Origin: Craspedostauros australis | Taxonomy: Eukaryota | DNA length: 64,000 nt | Assembly: GCA_030167865.1 (NCBI GenBank) | Contig: JALAGF010001205.1 | Coordinates: forward strand, 62,001 to 126,000 | Direction of reading: 5' to 3' | Shown here: positions 38,472-49,486 of the stretch, in pieces | How positions within the stretch are numbered: position 1 is the stretch's first letter | Layout of the letters: every line of letters begins with the position of its first letter | Made by a program: the position numbers and the translations under genes | Notes under the pieces: generated by a model | The model's input: only the letters and a program-made list of their open reading frames with translations | Told to the model about the DNA's origin: nothing | The model's database searches: none

Positions 38472-38499
38472 GCGCCAAAAAAGGACAATTTGGCGCCAA
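38472..38499. promoter_or_regulatory. Paired E2F-type sites upstream of MCM6
   Basis: GCGCCAAA (38472-38479, TTTGGCGC on the - strand) and TTTGGCGC (38489-38496, overlapping the palindrome TTGGCGCCAA), ~410-430 nt upstream of the MCM6 ATG. Both match the TTTSSCGC consensus. Confidence 0.5.
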
Positions 38500-39699
38500 T
38501 CCGGTCGTGCTTTGTGAATCCCGAATGCCAGGAAATCGAGGAAGTTCGATGTGTGCAAATGCGACTCACATGATGACCTTTGTTGCCAACAACACGATCA
38601 GATCGTGGTCCAAACAGATCCAACCAGAATTGCTGCCTGAGATGGATGCATTTACCAGAGTACGTTCCGTTCAAGTGTCCAACGTGACGAATACGCCTCA
38701 TGTAAGGTAGTATTGATTGTGAGTGAGTGGATTCAAACGCTTTGGAAAGCACGCAAAGGTGTGAGAACCAAGTTGAGTCACACCATTTCTAGACTCGTAT
38801 ATGTAGAATGCTCAGGCGATCGATACTGTTCTCCGAACATCCAAAACAAACGACGAACGCGGTACTGCAACCAAACAGCTTGAGCAGCGACGCGGTTGGA
38901 TACCGCACGTTTGCCGATGTTCAGTTTGCTTCTTTTTGTTCGTCGTGTTGCGTCTCTCTGTGGACGGAAATGCCACACAGCCTTGTTGCGAGCATCTCAC
39001 ATTCCAAACACCGATTCACGATACGCGTACGCAGCCCACCATCATCGGGCCGCAAACGACTGCGCGCACTATTCTGCACAAGCGCCTGCTGCCTCAAATA
39101 CGATTCAGCAACATTCCAAGCCCCTCTCTGCGCCTCTTTTCGAACTCACACACAACAAAGCAAACGCAAAGGGGTGCTTGTTGACTGGTCGTTCTGAATC
39201 CCGAGTAGCGCCACAAAACGGGATTTCGGTGACGACAACACCCACGATACCACAACGGCACACACGACAAGAGGCTTTGCGTTCTGGTATTACCCCAGCT
39301 CGCCTCTGTGATCGATACATACTGTACCAAGGGCAACGCGAGGGGAGACATCGGGACCTTGCAAAAGCCAGGACAGCGTCGGCAAAGCACTACGTGTGCC
39401 GTGAAGAAGATCTCAGTGCACGGTCAAACGTGAGGCACGGCATAAGGAGCAGTGACCCAGGCATTGGGAGGATCCGGCAAGCGCAAACTCAACCACAACA
39501 AAAGGAGAAACGCACGTATCAGGATTCAGGCAAATCTTTTCGAAAGATATTCAAGAGCTTGCTCGTGCAATCACAGACCGAGCATCCTTGCAGCCAACTT
39601 CTCCAAAACGCACAAGCGCCCCCCTCGACGAGAATTGAGAGGATCGGCCATCCTCCATCCATCCGCCCGACCATCCCCCCACCCAATCACCTGTCCATC

Positions 39700-41504
39700 A
39701 TGCAGTTCCAGTACAACTCAGACTACCCGGGCGTTTCTGGTTCCCATGCCCCAGCTGGCACTCCTGCACTATCCTTGGCGTCCAGTCCCAGGGACTTCCC
39801 CTCAGCGCAACCCATACCCTGTGCCAGAATCACCACCCGAATATTCCACCCCAGCCGCAACCAAGTGGCGACGGTCCAGAACGTGCTCGTTCGCACCATG
39901 GTCAATCCGCAGATGCAGCGACGTGGTTCCAACTCCTCCATGAGCAGCAACGGATCCTTCTCTTCCTCATCCTCCTCCGATCTCAGCATGAACATGGAGG
40001 ACCCGAACGCGGGCGGAGGTGCGTCCGATGGATCGCAACCAATCGAGAATGCCTACTGGATACAAAGGACCATCCGCGAAGCCATCTACGGACGCGTTCT
40101 GTTCGCGGTGGTGCTGAAGAAACGACCGCGTGCCGTCAGCGCCACGGATGGTGTTGAATGGGAGGTCACTAACGATCATTGCGCCGTCAAAGAAATGTCG
40201 TGGCAGCACATCCGCAAAGAGCGCGATCGGTTGGCGGAGGATCCCATCAAGGAGGTCTCAGCCATGCAGTATCTCAAGAAGTGGTTCCACGACAACACGC
40301 GTCCCAAACGATCCCCCACCATCTCGCGCGAGGAAAATGCCACGCTCAACAACAACCTCACGCAATCGTTTCACGCCATGAAAATCACGAACATCATGAT
40401 GCCGCTGGATCTTCTGTCGGATGAGCGCAATCTGTACAGCATCATGCCATACTGCGATGGCGGGGAGCTGTTTGAAAGGTTGGATATGAACGAACGGTTC
40501 TCTGAAGGCGAAGCACGGTATTGGATGGATCAAGTATTGAATGTGAGTACTTTGCCATGATCTGCTGGCCGTAGGGTTGTGTTGATATGAAGCAGCCTAC
40601 GTGTTCACATTCTATTCTTTGTGATAACAAGGGTAAAGCTTGTGGCGCTGTCGCAAGTTGTCGCCAACACGAACAACCTGGTAGACGCAACGACTCACCT
40701 ATTGTTTGACTGTATCACACGCTGTGATGGCATTGCGATCTCAACAACATGGGCGGCACTCACGATGCTGGCAATGCATTGGGGAACGAATGGTTTGGCG
40801 TTCATGCAAATTCAAACGCAAACGCGATTTCCGTGCGCACATACGCATACCGATGCGCACACCCATACTTGTACGCATATGCATGACACCAGGGCCTGGA
40901 AACGTTGCAACACAGCGGCATATGTCATCGTGACATGAGTTTGGAGAATTTGCTCGTCCACCAGGACAGAGCGCTCATCATTGACATGGGTATGTGCCTG
41001 CTGGTGCCGTACCAAGACGCCACAGCGGGAATCGCAGCGTCATTGCAAAGCACGAATATCAGCGGCACGGGATCCCCCGTCGCGCCAGGCAGCGCACCCG
41101 TATCTGGCCGAGGACGACCTCGGCACCTCATCCAACCGCAGGGCACTTGCGGTAAGTGGATTTACATGTCACCGGAGATTTACTCCAACGGTGCGCCCTT
41201 CGATGCCTACGCCGTGGATATGTGGGCCGCCGGCGTCATCCTGTTCTTGATGTTAACTGGATTCCCTCCGTGGGAACGCGCCTGTCAGACCGATGAACGT
41301 TTCAAATACATGACGGCCGGGTACCTCGTGCAGATGCTGACGGAATGGGAGGTCGGTCTGAGCAGCGATGCGATGGATCTGTTGCAAAGGATGCTGTTCT
41401 TAGATCCCAAGGACAGGCTGAGCTTGGATCAGGTTCGTGCGCATCCCTGGATGGTCAATGGTCCCAGACAGGCACCGCAGCCAACACCGGGCATCCAAGG
41501 ATAG
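39700..41504 (+). CDS. Ser/Thr protein kinase (CAMK-like fold, HRDMSLEN type), 2 exons (39700-40542, 40893-41504), ~484 aa
   Basis: Intron 40543-40892 (GTGAGT...ACCAG) gives VLN|GLETLQH. Motifs: AIYGRV, CAVKEM, EDPIKEV, PYCDGGELF, HRDMSLEN, IIDMG, CGKWIYMSPE, DMWAAGVILF, DPKDRL. Confidence 0.9.
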
Positions 41505-42147
41505 TACAATAGCACTCTTAGTATCATAGGCACACGTTATGATAGTGTGATCGTTCCATTATTCTACTCTCAATCAAACTGTTGGTTGTGCGCTTCATGC
41601 ATGTTTGTGTGCGCGTGCGCGTGCTTGTTGGCATCTGCACGTTTTGCAACATGGGCATTGAACTTGACGAGGGACAGGATGGGAACAAAAGTAAAATCCA
41701 TGCTTGCTGACGAGAAGCTCCGATCTGGAGCGGTGCCGGGGCGGTGCTCGACTGCTCGTGCCATGCTCGACAGAATCAGATGCAAGTGACCGCCGAGTTG
41801 CATTGCGGGTGGTTGGTGACTTTGTTGCTTCTTGTGCATTGTTCATTAGTTTGTTTCTTATTGGTTTGTGGTACTTTTGTATTTTATGCATGTCGGTACT
41901 ATTCATCCGGAATGGCGGAAGGGTGCATGGAGGTTCGCGGAGAGCCTGTTGTATGACTGTGTGTATGACTGTGTGTACGGATGTGACTGTTGCTGTGCTG
42001 TCATTCTTTGACAGCAATAGCAGCAGCAGAAGCGACAATGGGTAATGCAAATCTTTCACAGAGCTGCAATGATATAGGAATGGATGTGAAGAATGTGGAT
42101 CCATGCAATGGTGTGCCAGCGTTGAAGGCCGCACCGTACTGGCTTGA

Positions 42148-44454
42148 TCAATTGTAGGGATACAACGCCCGTTGGACAGCTTCGTAGTGATCCTTCGGGA
42201 TGCTTTCTTCGACATTTCCTTGGACGATCTTCCAGTTGGATGAGTCGAGACAGATCCAGTCGGTGGAATCGAAGACTTGCACGCTGTCCGTCTCCGAGGC
42301 CAACGACTTATCGTGTGAGCTTGCCTTCCCCAGAAGGGAGGTAGGCGCAGTTGGGAATGGCGACATTGGAGGTGGTGTATCTCTGCCATTGACATCCTCT
42401 TCTTCTTGCCGTGCTTCTTCCGGAGCCAACGCTGCACGAGTAGCGATGTTCGCTGCCTTCCCACCGCTTGGGATTTGGCGTGCCAGAGATGCAGCCTTTT
42501 CATGCACGTCCGGGAGTGCCACCATCGATGCACCATCGAGACCCTTCTCTGAGATGTCTTCTTCAATCTCATCCTCGGTGTTGGGCTCCTCGTCTTCGTC
42601 CGGGGCTTCGAGCTCAGATGTTGAGATGATATCGTCATCCCATTCTGATCCCTGCCCGCTTGTGTCTTCTCCCGTCATGGAATCAAGCGTGTCGTCCTCG
42701 CCTTCAGATTCGTATCCCAGATCCGACGAAGTGATCAATGTTCTGGCCTGGATGAATGGGCCCGTTGGCGACGCTGGCCGTTGCTCGAGGCAAAGCTCTG
42801 CTTGGGGCACCGACTGCAGCTCCGACTGTGGCTGCGTTTGCGTAGTTGTCTGTTCCTGTGGTTGTATCTGCGGCTGAATGTGACGTCTGAGGACATCGTT
42901 GGCGTACTCGATAAAGAATTTGAAATCAGAGTCTTCGTCGTCCTCCCCGATCTTCATTGCGGCGTTGTCAAAGCGAAAGAATGAATGCGCAATGAATGTG
43001 CAATTGGGTTTTGAAACAAGGCAAATAGCGCAGATGAGAACAAGATGAAGGTGAGTTGGGGAATAAAGGATGTCGGGCGGTATGAAGGATCAGCGTCATC
43101 GTTATCACCATTATCATCATCAACAACAACAACAACAACAACAACAACAACGACAAAGTAATCAACTTACATCGGTCGTTGCACCAGCCTTCATCATGTT
43201 GCTGAGCTCTTCCGAAATGATCTGATTGCTTACATTGATCTCCGGTAGCTTGACCTCGGTTGTGTCTTGGTGCAGGGCCTCGCTGACGCCCTCCTTGCGA
43301 AGCTTCGTCCATGCCTCCCGCATGCGTTCCAACTGACGGTCAGAGGAAGAGCACTCTTCACGCATGGCTTTCTCCAGCGACTGGTACTCCTCCGTGTGGT
43401 GCGACAGCTTGGGGCCAGCTGGTGCGGATGTTGCGTTCGGCTCGTCGTTGATGATGAGCATCATGCCCTTGGGAGTGGTGGCGATTGTGTTGGTATTGCT
43501 GTGGATGAAACCGTTGCCGTCTTCCATGAGAGCGTAGAGTCTGTTCCAACGATCGAAGTCGATGAACGCTTGTGCGGCGGCATCCATGTCACCTTGGTCA
43601 ATGATCGTGGAAATGTCATCCATGGCACCACGCACGATAGCGTTGCCGCGTGTCATGAGCGCGAACAGCAATGGCAGGGAGGATTGGTCCTCCGTACTAG
43701 TGGATTTGTCTTGAGTGGCATCGTCATTTCTTGGTGCTGTTGTCGTCGTCATGGTCGAAGGCATCTTTGCCAGGGATGTGAGTGCTGTCTTCTGGGCCGT
43801 GACCTTCTCCTCCTCTGCCTCCTCTTGTCCCTCTTCTGGGCCTTGCGCATCGTCTTGATCCTGCTGCTGCTGTGGTTCTTGCTTCAGGTCAGAATCCAAT
43901 CCTGATTCTGGCTGTTGTTCTGGTTCTGGTTCCTTCCAGTCTTGAGCTTGCCAGCCTTCTTGTGGAATGGTATTGGTATTGGTATTGGTATTGGTGTTGA
44001 CGTTGCCGTCAACGTCGGCCATGGTGTTAGCGAAGGCGAATCCATCGGTAAGGGCATCCAGCTCGTCGGCTGGAAACAGTGGAACATCTTCCATCACGTC
44101 CTGACTATCACCATCCGACGGCGCAGAGGGCGCACACATGAGATTTCCATCGAGGCGGTTGTCGTTCGTGGCACTTGGACTCACGTCGTCGTACGGCGTG
44201 GGAGACGACGTATCGGATGAGGTGTGGAGCCCGCTGACGGAGGTGAAGGAGCCGGACCGGACCGAGGTTGCTGACATGGCGTTGGTCTTGCTGCGGTGCT
44301 GGCCTTCGCGCATCAGCGAACGGAACGCGGCTGGATCACCGGTGAGATGGCCGGATCCTGCGCTCGCATCAAGCACATTGTACTTTTTGGAATGGTGCTC
44401 GGAGGCGCCGCGCGGGGTGTGCTCCACAGCGTGGGTGGATGTGCAGTTTCCCAT
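42148..44454 (-). CDS. Putatively N-acylated (MGNCTS) acidic protein with a split, degenerate hemerythrin-like helical domain, 2 exons (44454-43171, 42951-42148), ~695 aa
   Basis: Intron 43170-42952 (GTAAGT...TGAAG) joins ATTD|IGED in frame. Helical segments: LLFALMTRGNAIVRGAMDDI...WNRLYALMEDG...PKGMMLII, FKFFIEYANDVLRRH, VQVFD...NWKIVQGNVEESIPKDHYEAVQRAL. The domain call is tentative. Confidence 0.65.
43121..43150. repeat. (CAA)10 microsatellite inside an intron
   Basis: Read directly; reads (TTG)10 on the transcribed strand near the 5' end of intron 43170-42952. Confidence 0.9.
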
Positions 44455-45521
44455 CTTGCTTGTGTGCTGTCGTTGCTTGTATTTGTGATCCCGTGTTTGC
44501 GGAGTGTATGGAAGGGATGGTGATGTGCGAGCACGAGAAGGTGTGAACAAATCTGGCGATAGACCGATTTGTGGTTTAAAGGGTGGGTTGGTGTTGACAC
44601 TGTTCCGCACGAGCACGAGTGGGGCCGTTCTGATCCTGGCTGAAGTCGTTACCTGTCGCTGCGACCAACGAGCTCTGACAAACGCTCAGAAATCCACGGC
44701 ATCGCACTCCTTCTGTTTGGAATCGACAACAACAGTAGGTCGCACAGCACCGGTGCAGCAACAGCGACGTACCTGTTTCTCCCATCAAGGTCGCCACGGA
44801 GAGAGAGGTAGGCGTCAAAGAACCAGATCCGCAAAACCAGAACCGCGACCCCCCACTGACGTGAGAAACAAACCCCTCGCGTTGCCATCACCACGAAAAC
44901 AGAGGGAGGTTCATCAGTGTGGCGGTTCTCCTATCGATTCTTTCGCACTTCAACCACACGAAGAAGAGGGGAGTCCGTCCCATGGCTCCTTTTGCTCCCA
45001 CGCAACCTCGTGAAAGGGCGCCAGCGCGAGTGAAGAGTGCTTCGCACCCCACAGGAACAATCCCACCGCGTTGCTACCCATCATGTCCCTGTCGTTGCCG
45101 TTTCTCCTCGATCGTGGTTGACAAAAACCAAAAATGGGAACGACAAATCGTATCTTTTCTGAACGAACGCGAACGTATGTCTCGATAATGTCGTATGCGA
45201 CAGGCAGCCGTCCGTCCGTGCGGCGCACGTTTGGATGCAAACACACAACATCTCCAGGTTTGAGAATCCATTTCCAACCACAATCATGATCGCTGGCGGC
45301 TGCTGCGAACACGTGTGCACGTTCGCACACAAGGCAGAACGACGAGACCACGCGAATCCACAGCTCTCGTGGATCTTTCGTTGACATCGTCACACAAACA
45401 CAAACAGAGCACTCCTGAGGATTCGTTGCTATTCGTAACACCCAGAGATCCCATTTGACGAGCATCCATCCCTCCATCCAGCAGGACAACAGGACAACAA
45501 GGCAAACAAGCAAATCGAAAG

Positions 45522-47949
45522 ATGGCAGGTGACGGCAAGAAAGGAGGCGCAGAAGCGAAGCCAGCACGAGAATGGACACCCGAATTGCAGGCCGACTTTG
45601 ATCGAATCCTGAGCGTGGGCGAGGAATGCATCTCGGCCGATTCGCTGAAGAAGCTGCTGCTGGCCAAAGGACGCGGGTCGGAGAACCAGCACGGCATCAA
45701 CTTGTACGATGGATTCGAACCCAGCGGCCGCATGCACATCGCGCAGGGCGTCTTCAAGGCCGTCAACGTCAACAAGTGCACTGCGGAGGGCAGCAACACC
45801 ACCTTCATCTTCTGGGTGGCCGATTGGTTCGCGCTCATGAACGACAAGATGGGCGGCGATCTGGACAAGATCAAGACGGTCGGTCTCTACCTCATGGAGG
45901 TCTGGAAGGCGGCCGGCATGAACCTCTCGCACGTCGTCTTCAAGTGGAGCTCAGAGGAGATCACCAACAATGCGGACGCCTACTGGCCCAAGATGCTCGA
46001 CATCGCGCGTCGGTTCAACATCACGCGCATCAAGAAGTGCTGCCAGATCATGGGGCGGTTGGAGGGATCCCTCACCGCGGCGCAGATCCTCTACCCCATC
46101 ATGCAGTGCACCGACGTCTTCTTCCTCAGGGCGGACATCTGCCAGCTGGGTGTCGACCAGCGCAAGGTCAACATGCTGGCCCGTGACTACTGCGATGCTG
46201 CCAAGCAAAAGAACAAGCCCGTCATCCTCAGCCATCACATGCTCTACGGGCTCAAGGCGGGTCAGGAGAAGATGTCCAAGTCCGATCCTGATTCCGCCGT
46301 CTTCATGGAGGACTCGGCGGAAGATGTGGAGCGCAAGATCATGAATGCCTACTGCCCCACCGAGCCTCAGAAGAAGACGGAGGACAAGGCCGCCGCGGGC
46401 GATGCCGGCAAGGAGTCCATGCACCTCACGGAGGACACGCTCAAGAATCCATGCTTGGATTACATCGAGAACATCATCTTTGCCCCGCCAGGTGCCACCT
46501 TCACTATCGGGGACACCACCTACACTGAATACGCGACCGTCAAGGAGAAGTTCATCGCAGGCGATATTCCGGAGGAGGACCTGAAGCGTGCTTTGATCCG
46601 GGAGCTCAACGTGTTGCTGGCACCAGTGCGCGATCACTTCACCAACGACGAGAATGCGAAGAATCTGCTTGCGCTCGTGCAGAAGTACAAGAAGGAAGCC
46701 ATGCCGAAGGACAAGGCCATCCAGCGCCTGAATTTGGTCGCCCTGAACAAGGTGCAAGCGCAGAGCCATGTTGTCTTCGCACCCTTGCCATCCTCCAATC
46801 AAACCCTGCAGGATGCCGTGGAGACGCTCAAGTTGCTGCACGAATCCAACGACAAGCCATGCGTCCTCTACCTGTCGGACTGGTCCGCCATTGTGCGCAA
46901 CGCCTGCGGGTCGGAACCAAAGCACATCAACGCATCCTACTCCATCTTCCTCAGCGCATTGAAGGCCCTCGATCCAGCTAAGATGGAGAATGTCGCGATC
47001 CTGAAGCAAAGCGAAGCCATCCTGGCCGATCCCTCCAATTACTGGATCAGCGTCATCAACGTCGGCAGACACTTCATGCTCAACGACGTCATGGGTTCCG
47101 CAATGAAGGATTCCGACAACGCCGGCATCGTCGTGGCGCGCTTGATGCAGGTCGCCGACGCGGCTGGATTGGAAGCCTCCAGCATCGCCATGATCGAAGG
47201 CGATGAGACCACGGTCATGCAGGATCTCATCACCAAGTTCTTTGATGCCAAATTGACAGGCGTGACCAAGCCGGAAATTTCTGTCGTCCAAGCCACCTCC
47301 CTCGTCTTGCAGCAGAGAGAATCGGAGGCCCACAAGCAGGACAATGATGAGTACTTTCTTCTGGATGATCCCAAGGTACGTTTGCGTTTGCTCTTATTTT
47401 TGTTTGGCCGTGTGCACGTGTGCGTGCTGTTGAGCTAGCTATCCGTACCGCATTGGTTTAGATCCGTGTCATACGCACATCTCACCCTCTGCGATTCTCA
47501 CAAACGCGCTTTTACCTTTTCATTTCCATCCGATGTAAACCAATCCAATTCAATGTTTTATTCGTCATCCATGTCCCATCCAATGCAACGCACAGGCCCA
47601 CGGCAAGTCCAAACTCAAAAAGGCCTTCTGCGAACCAGGCAACATTGGATTCTGCCCACCCATCACCCTGGCCTCCACCTTCTTCTTTGACTTGGCCAAA
47701 TCCGAGATGAAGATTTCACGTTCCGAAGCGGATGGAGGGGAAATCGTGTTCCGCACCAAGGCCGAGATCGAGGCCGCATTCGCCAATGAATCGGTGCATC
47801 CAGGTGATCTGAAGGCCGCCGTGATGGGACTGATGGTGGAGACCATCACCAAGATATCGACCGCCATCAAGGCCGAACCAGACCTGGTCAAGGCATCGAA
47901 GGCAATGAAGACGTTGCACAAGAATTTGATGAAGCGCAAGAAGAAATAG
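45522..47949 (+). CDS. TyrRS: Tyrosyl-tRNA synthetase, cytosolic double-length (pseudo-dimer) type, 2 exons (45522-47375, 47596-47949), ~735 aa
   Basis: YDGFEPSGRMHIAQG, ADWFALMNDK, YPIMQCTDVFFL..DICQLGVDQRKVNMLAR, KMSKSDPDSA. A degenerate second half follows (LSDWSA, NYWISVINVGR, KLKKAFCEPGN, VHPGDLK). Intron 47376-47595 (GTACGT...CACAG) is in frame. Confidence 0.93.
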
Positions 47950-48073
47950 AGCGGAGCGGACGGAGTTCGCTCTGCTCTTATCTACCACATTGACTGTTCG
48001 AGTATGTACCGAATCATACTAGAGTATTGTATTGCGCTGTATCACACAGTATTCTACACTATTATACGTTCTA

Positions 48074-49486
48074 CTATCTCTGTTGCTCATTGCCCTTGTT
48101 GTTGTTATTGCTTTCCAGCCATTTCTGATGCCGTTTCGTGGCGACATGATTGCGATAGCTGGCCGCACCTTTCGCTGTGGTTTGTGGATAGTACGAACCG
48201 CCACACCCGCACTTAACTTTGGCTGGTGTGTAACCATTGGCCATTACACGCCGTCCACCGGCCTTGTGAATCTGTCCCGCCATGGCACTGGTCGGTATCT
48301 GCTTCACATCAGGAGTTGCTGTTGCTGTTGTTGCCGCTGTCGTCGTCGTCGTCGTTGGGTATGTATTAAGTGCGGTGGTGGTGAAGTCGTTGCGATTGGC
48401 GACGGGATACTGCGGTGCTGCCGCGACGGCGGGTGGCGGGGGCAAGGGCGTCGGTACGATCGGCGTGACGGATGACGGAAAACCCAGTGTGAGGTGCCTG
48501 TAATCTGATAGCTGCGGATACTGTGCGACACCGACAGGTGCCGGAGATTGCATGGGCAGTTGCAGACGATTGTTGGCGAGGAGAGTGCGGTTGATATGCA
48601 TGCTGGCGGTGTTGATGTCGTTGAAGTAGTTGTTGCGGCTGTTGCGAATGGCTCGGAGATGGGCTTCGAATTCCCGGACGAGGTAGAAGTACTTCTCCTT
48701 GGAACCTTCCTGACGTAGAATGGCGTACCGCGTCCGCGCCAGAGCAGCGTTGACCTCAGCTCCGATACCGTGCTTGTTCTTGAGACCGGCCTTGGTGAGG
48801 ATCTCCATGTCCGGGCAGTTGTTGGTGGGAAGGATGGATGCCGTCTTGCCGCAAAAGACGTGAAGGGAGATGTCTTCCGAAAAGCTGACGACCGTGGGAG
48901 CCACGACGAGCGTTGCGGCATCCTGCTCCACCGGCAGGAACCGCAGCATGGGTCTGTTGTGCTGCGGGCCCACGCCGCAAATTCGACACCGATGTATGGG
49001 CTGCTCCAGCTGCTGTTGCTGCTGCGATATCGCGTCCTGTTCGGCCACTGCTTGTGCGGCCTCTTCCGCCGCTGCCGCGATTTCGTCGCTGTCGTCGACG
49101 TCGTTTTCTGGCGGTGTATCATTGAGACTGTCGGAGAGGCTAGGGTTGGTGATGGCGCTGTTGATGGCGCTGTTGATCGTGCTGTTGATGTTGCTGAGTG
49201 TGCTGATGTTTCCATTGATGTTACCGAGAGCGATGTTGTTGATACCATTGATGTTACTGATATTGCCGATTCCATTGATGGTGTTGATGGTGTTGATGCC
49301 GCTGATGGTGTTGATGTTACCGAGTGCACTGATGTTGCCGTTCATTCCGTTGATGGTGTTGATGCCATTCATTGCGTTGAGACCACTCATTCCGTGAATG
49401 TTGCTGATAGTATTGATGCTTGTGCTATTGCTGCTGGTGCTGTCACTGTTCCCACTTGCCTGCAGGTCTGTCCCAGGGTTGCTCAT
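48074..49486 (-). CDS. Uncharacterised protein with Asn/Ile-rich repeat N-terminus, central Cys/His zinc-binding-like motif and C-terminal C2H2-like finger, 470 aa
   Basis: Long ORF with an ordered central domain CRICG...LHVFCGKTA and C-terminal KCGCGGSY...YRNHVATKRHQKW. Confidence 0.75.
   Translation of the reverse strand: MSNPGTDLQASGNSDSTSSNSTSINTISNIHGMSGLNAMNGINTINGMNGNISALGNINTISGINTINTINGIGNISNINGINNIALGNINGNISTLSNINSTINSAINSAITNPSLSDSLNDTPPENDVDDSDEIAAAAEEAAQAVAEQDAISQQQQQLEQPIHRCRICGVGPQHNRPMLRFLPVEQDAATLVVAPTVVSFSEDISLHVFCGKTASILPTNNCPDMEILTKAGLKNKHGIGAEVNAALARTRYAILRQEGSKEKYFYLVREFEAHLRAIRNSRNNYFNDINTASMHINRTLLANNRLQLPMQSPAPVGVAQYPQLSDYRHLTLGFPSSVTPIVPTPLPPPPAVAAAPQYPVANRNDFTTTALNTYPTTTTTTAATTATATPDVKQIPTSAMAGQIHKAGGRRVMANGYTPAKVKCGCGGSYYPQTTAKGAASYRNHVATKRHQKWLESNNNNKGNEQQR

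Noticed and set aside
45951-47333. Long antisense ORFs (460 aa here; also 21265-22626, 5671-6801, 33397-34446, 25570-26610, 17609-18559)
   Set aside because: Each lies opposite a well-supported gene. GC-rich codon usage rarely creates reverse-strand stops, and the translations have no recognisable motifs.
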